This document shows positions 60,901 through 64,000 of a stretch of 64,000 nucleotides of DNA, piece after piece; position 1 is the stretch's first letter; every line of letters starts with the position of its first letter. The DNA lies in the NCBI RefSeq assembly GCF_020745735.1, contig NC_083409.1, positions 96,740,048-96,804,047 on the forward strand, in the 5' to 3' direction. The DNA is from Hemiscyllium ocellatum. Its lineage: Eukaryota. Under the pieces are notes generated by a model, which was not told where the DNA came from, ran no database searches, and worked only from the letters and a program-made list of their open reading frames with translations. The translations under genes were made by a program, and so were the position numbers.

Positions 60901-62085
60901 CTAGATTGCCAATTATTCCTTACTCTTTATATAATACCCCAGTCTAGGATGGCCTGGCCTCTAGTTGGTTTCTCAATAGAATAATCAGAAAGCCATCTTC
61001 ACACAATTTGGATTTGATTTGATCAATCTATATTCTGATTAAAGTTGCCCATAATTGCATCTGTGCCTTTATTGCTTGTGACTCTAATTTTGTGTTTAAT
61101 GCCTTCCCCCTACATCACCACTACAGTTTGGGCATCTTTATACAACATCCGCTATCATTTTCTGGTCCTTGGTGCCTCAGAGCTCTGCTCATTCCGCTTC
61201 ACTGGAGCTAATATCCATCCTCACAATTACATTGATGAGCTCTCTAACCAGCAAAGCTACCCCATCTCCTTTTCCTCTTTGTGTATCCTTCCTAAAAACT
61301 GAATACCCCTGGATTTTCAGCTTTCATTCTCAGTCATCCTGCAGCCAGGTCTCAGTAATGCCACTACCTTGCATCCATTTGTATCAATTTTCGTGACTAA
61401 TTCATCCACATTATTTCAAATTTTCTGCACATTAAGACCCAATGCCTTAAGCCTTCTCCATTTAACATTTTTAGCCCTGTTTGCATTACTGAGTATTGTT
61501 GCATGAATTTGCTACCCAATCAATTTTCTTAGTTCCAATTCTAGCTGTTCATTTTGTCCTTGTTTCCCTCTCAACTGTCTTCCCTCTTTAGGTTCCCATG
61601 TCCCCTGCCATTTAATTTAAACCCTCCCCAATTGCATTAACAAATAGTCTCCATAGGACATCAGTTCTGGTTCTGTCCAGGTGCAATCTGCCCAGTTTGT
61701 ACTGGCTCCCTTTTCACCAGAATCTGAAACCCTCTCCCTTGCACCATCTTCAGCCCACATTCATTTGATCTATCCTATTCTTTATACTGTAACACATGGC
61801 ATTGATAGCACATCTGAGATCACTATTTTTGAGGTCCTACTTTTAAATTTGCTTCCTAACTCCCTATGTTGTGCTTTCAAGATCTCCTTCCTTTCCTTAC
61901 CAATATTGTTGTTACCAATATGTACCAAGGTCATGGCTGTTCAGTCTCCCACTGAAATGTCATGTGGTCACTCCAAGACGTCCAACACCATAGCACCCAG
62001 GAGGCAGCATATCATCTTGTGGATTCACTTGTGGCCACAATCATTCATCTGTTCACCTTATAATTGGATCCCCATAATTAGCTCC
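57960..62085 (-). mobile_element. Long degenerate CR1 LINE (ORF1 esterase part, ORF2, 3' tail)
   Basis: Minus-strand CCLLGAMVLDV and LVHIGNNNIG (SGNH-esterase-like ORF1, ~61900-62010); LVRPDLEYCVQF; ERFTRLIPG. Confidence 0.85.
59237..60023 (-). mobile_element. Probable solo LTR inserted in the CR1
   Basis: TG...CA termini; imperfect 4-bp flanks AGTG/AATG; minus-strand AATAAA ~59320; CR1 resumes on both sides. Confidence 0.5.
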
Positions 62086-62107
62086 AAATCTCTTTACTAT
62101 TTTCAAG

Positions 62108-62284
62108 GTGTACAGGGGAATGTGGGATGAATCACAAGTCATCTTAAAATGCAGACTCGAAGAACCGTTCCACTTCGATTTGGATTCTAACATGGAGCCA
62201 AGAAAGGAGATGGTGTTATTTGACAAACCAACAAAAGGAACTTCAATGGAGGAATTTCGAGAAATGGTGTACAGCCTTTTAAAG
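62108..62284 (+). CDS. DIPK1A: DIPK1A coding exon 4 (kinase-like N-lobe, VILK; LFDKPTKGT motif)
   Basis: Acceptor tattttcaag, donor AAG|GTAGGT, 177 nt; encodes VYRGMWDESQVILKC...EPRKEMVLFDKPTKGTSMEEFREMVYSLLK. Confidence 0.95.
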
Positions 62285-62345
62285 GTAGGTCTTGGTTGAC
62301 ATTTTCAAATTGGTACAAACATTACTTTGAGAACATACGATATAA

Positions 62346-63173
<828 letters not shown>

Positions 63174-63770
63174 ACACTAAAGGAAAATTCACATCAATTG
63201 AAAATCATTTGGGAAGTATTTTTTTTCGCAGATTGTTCTAGTTGGTTCAATTTGACCATGTCGCACAGAACAGCATTATTAATAATATTTCTGTTTATTA
63301 CTGTTAAACAAAAAAAACCTAAAACCACTACAGAATTTTTTTGTTTTGTGGTTATTAATGTTGCTGCTTTTCTTTTTGATGGATTTAAAAAAAAACATTT
63401 ACACAGCATGAAAAGTTTTTAATGTCTTTTTTTAATCTATTGTTTGTAGCATGATTATTTATTTGCAGAAGAGATTGTTGGTTAAAATTGACAGTCTTTT
63501 TAGCTTAAATAAAATTACATATTAATATTGTAAACTGGAGAAAATCTAAATCAGGAAGAGATTGCCTTTACTTCTATTTTAGAATAGAAAGAATTTTGAA
63601 ATGTTTTAGAATTTCAACTATATAATTAGATTACAAAATCTGGTTTACAAAAATAATTGTAATTGAGCACTTTATATTCATTTCATTTCATTAATCCTGT
63701 TGACTGTACAGTATTTAAAAATACCATGCCAGTTTTTATGTCTGTAAATGGCTATTAAAATTCTTTCTGC
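63174..63770 (+). other. DIPK1A: AU-rich 3' UTR with ARE nonamer and candidate poly(A) signals
   Basis: TTATTTATT at 63455-63463; AATAAA at 63508-63513; ATTAAA at 63754-63759; CR1-like sequence begins just after. Confidence 0.6.
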
Positions 63771-64000
63771 TCCTTTGTCCAAAAGCTATTTGATAAAATA
63801 CCACATAAAAGATTACCACACAGAAGCTCATGAGGTTGAGGTAATATGTTTGTCTTGATAAAGGATTAGAGAACTAACAGGAAAGAAAGAGTCCGGACAA
63901 GTGGACCCGTTTTCAGGTTGGCTAACAAATGGAGTCGACTACTTTTAAAGTCCAGATCATTGACTTGGATGAAGGGACAAAATAAACTTGATGATGATGA

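Noticed and set aside
61681-62130. 149-aa ORF running into exon 4
   Set aside because: Antisense CR1 ORF1 sequence, out of frame with DIPK1A.

Overview
Vertebrate genomic DNA, almost certainly from an elasmobranch (shark), judged by its HE1/V-SINE, DeuSINE and CR1 repeat content. The window holds one complete protein-coding gene on the + strand, DIPK1A (FAM69A). It has 5 coding exons (742-807, 40411-40545, 51899-52006, 62108-62284, 62361-63173) giving 432 aa: a type II transmembrane, cysteine-rich, EF-hand-containing divergent kinase-like protein. A CpG-rich promoter and an AU-rich 3' UTR flank the coding exons. The introns (39.6 kb, 11.4 kb, 10.1 kb, 76 bp) are packed with nested, decayed mobile elements: CR1 and Rex1 LINEs, several tRNA-derived SINE families, solo LTRs, a hAT transposase relic and Tc1/pogo-type MITEs. 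The most striking structure is a set of three unrelated Penelope-like element (PLE) families. Each carries its own minimal hammerhead ribozyme, and each produces short fold-back (palindromic) cassettes of about 50-250 bp with an asymmetric tail and 9-17 bp target-site duplications. These look like discrete, independently inserted ribozyme-hairpin units. PLE hammerheads and inverted pLTRs are established knowledge; that the cassettes move as units is my inference. There is one assembly gap (464 N). Repeat boundaries were read by eye and are approximate; repeat family names come from recalled consensus sequences, not a database search.
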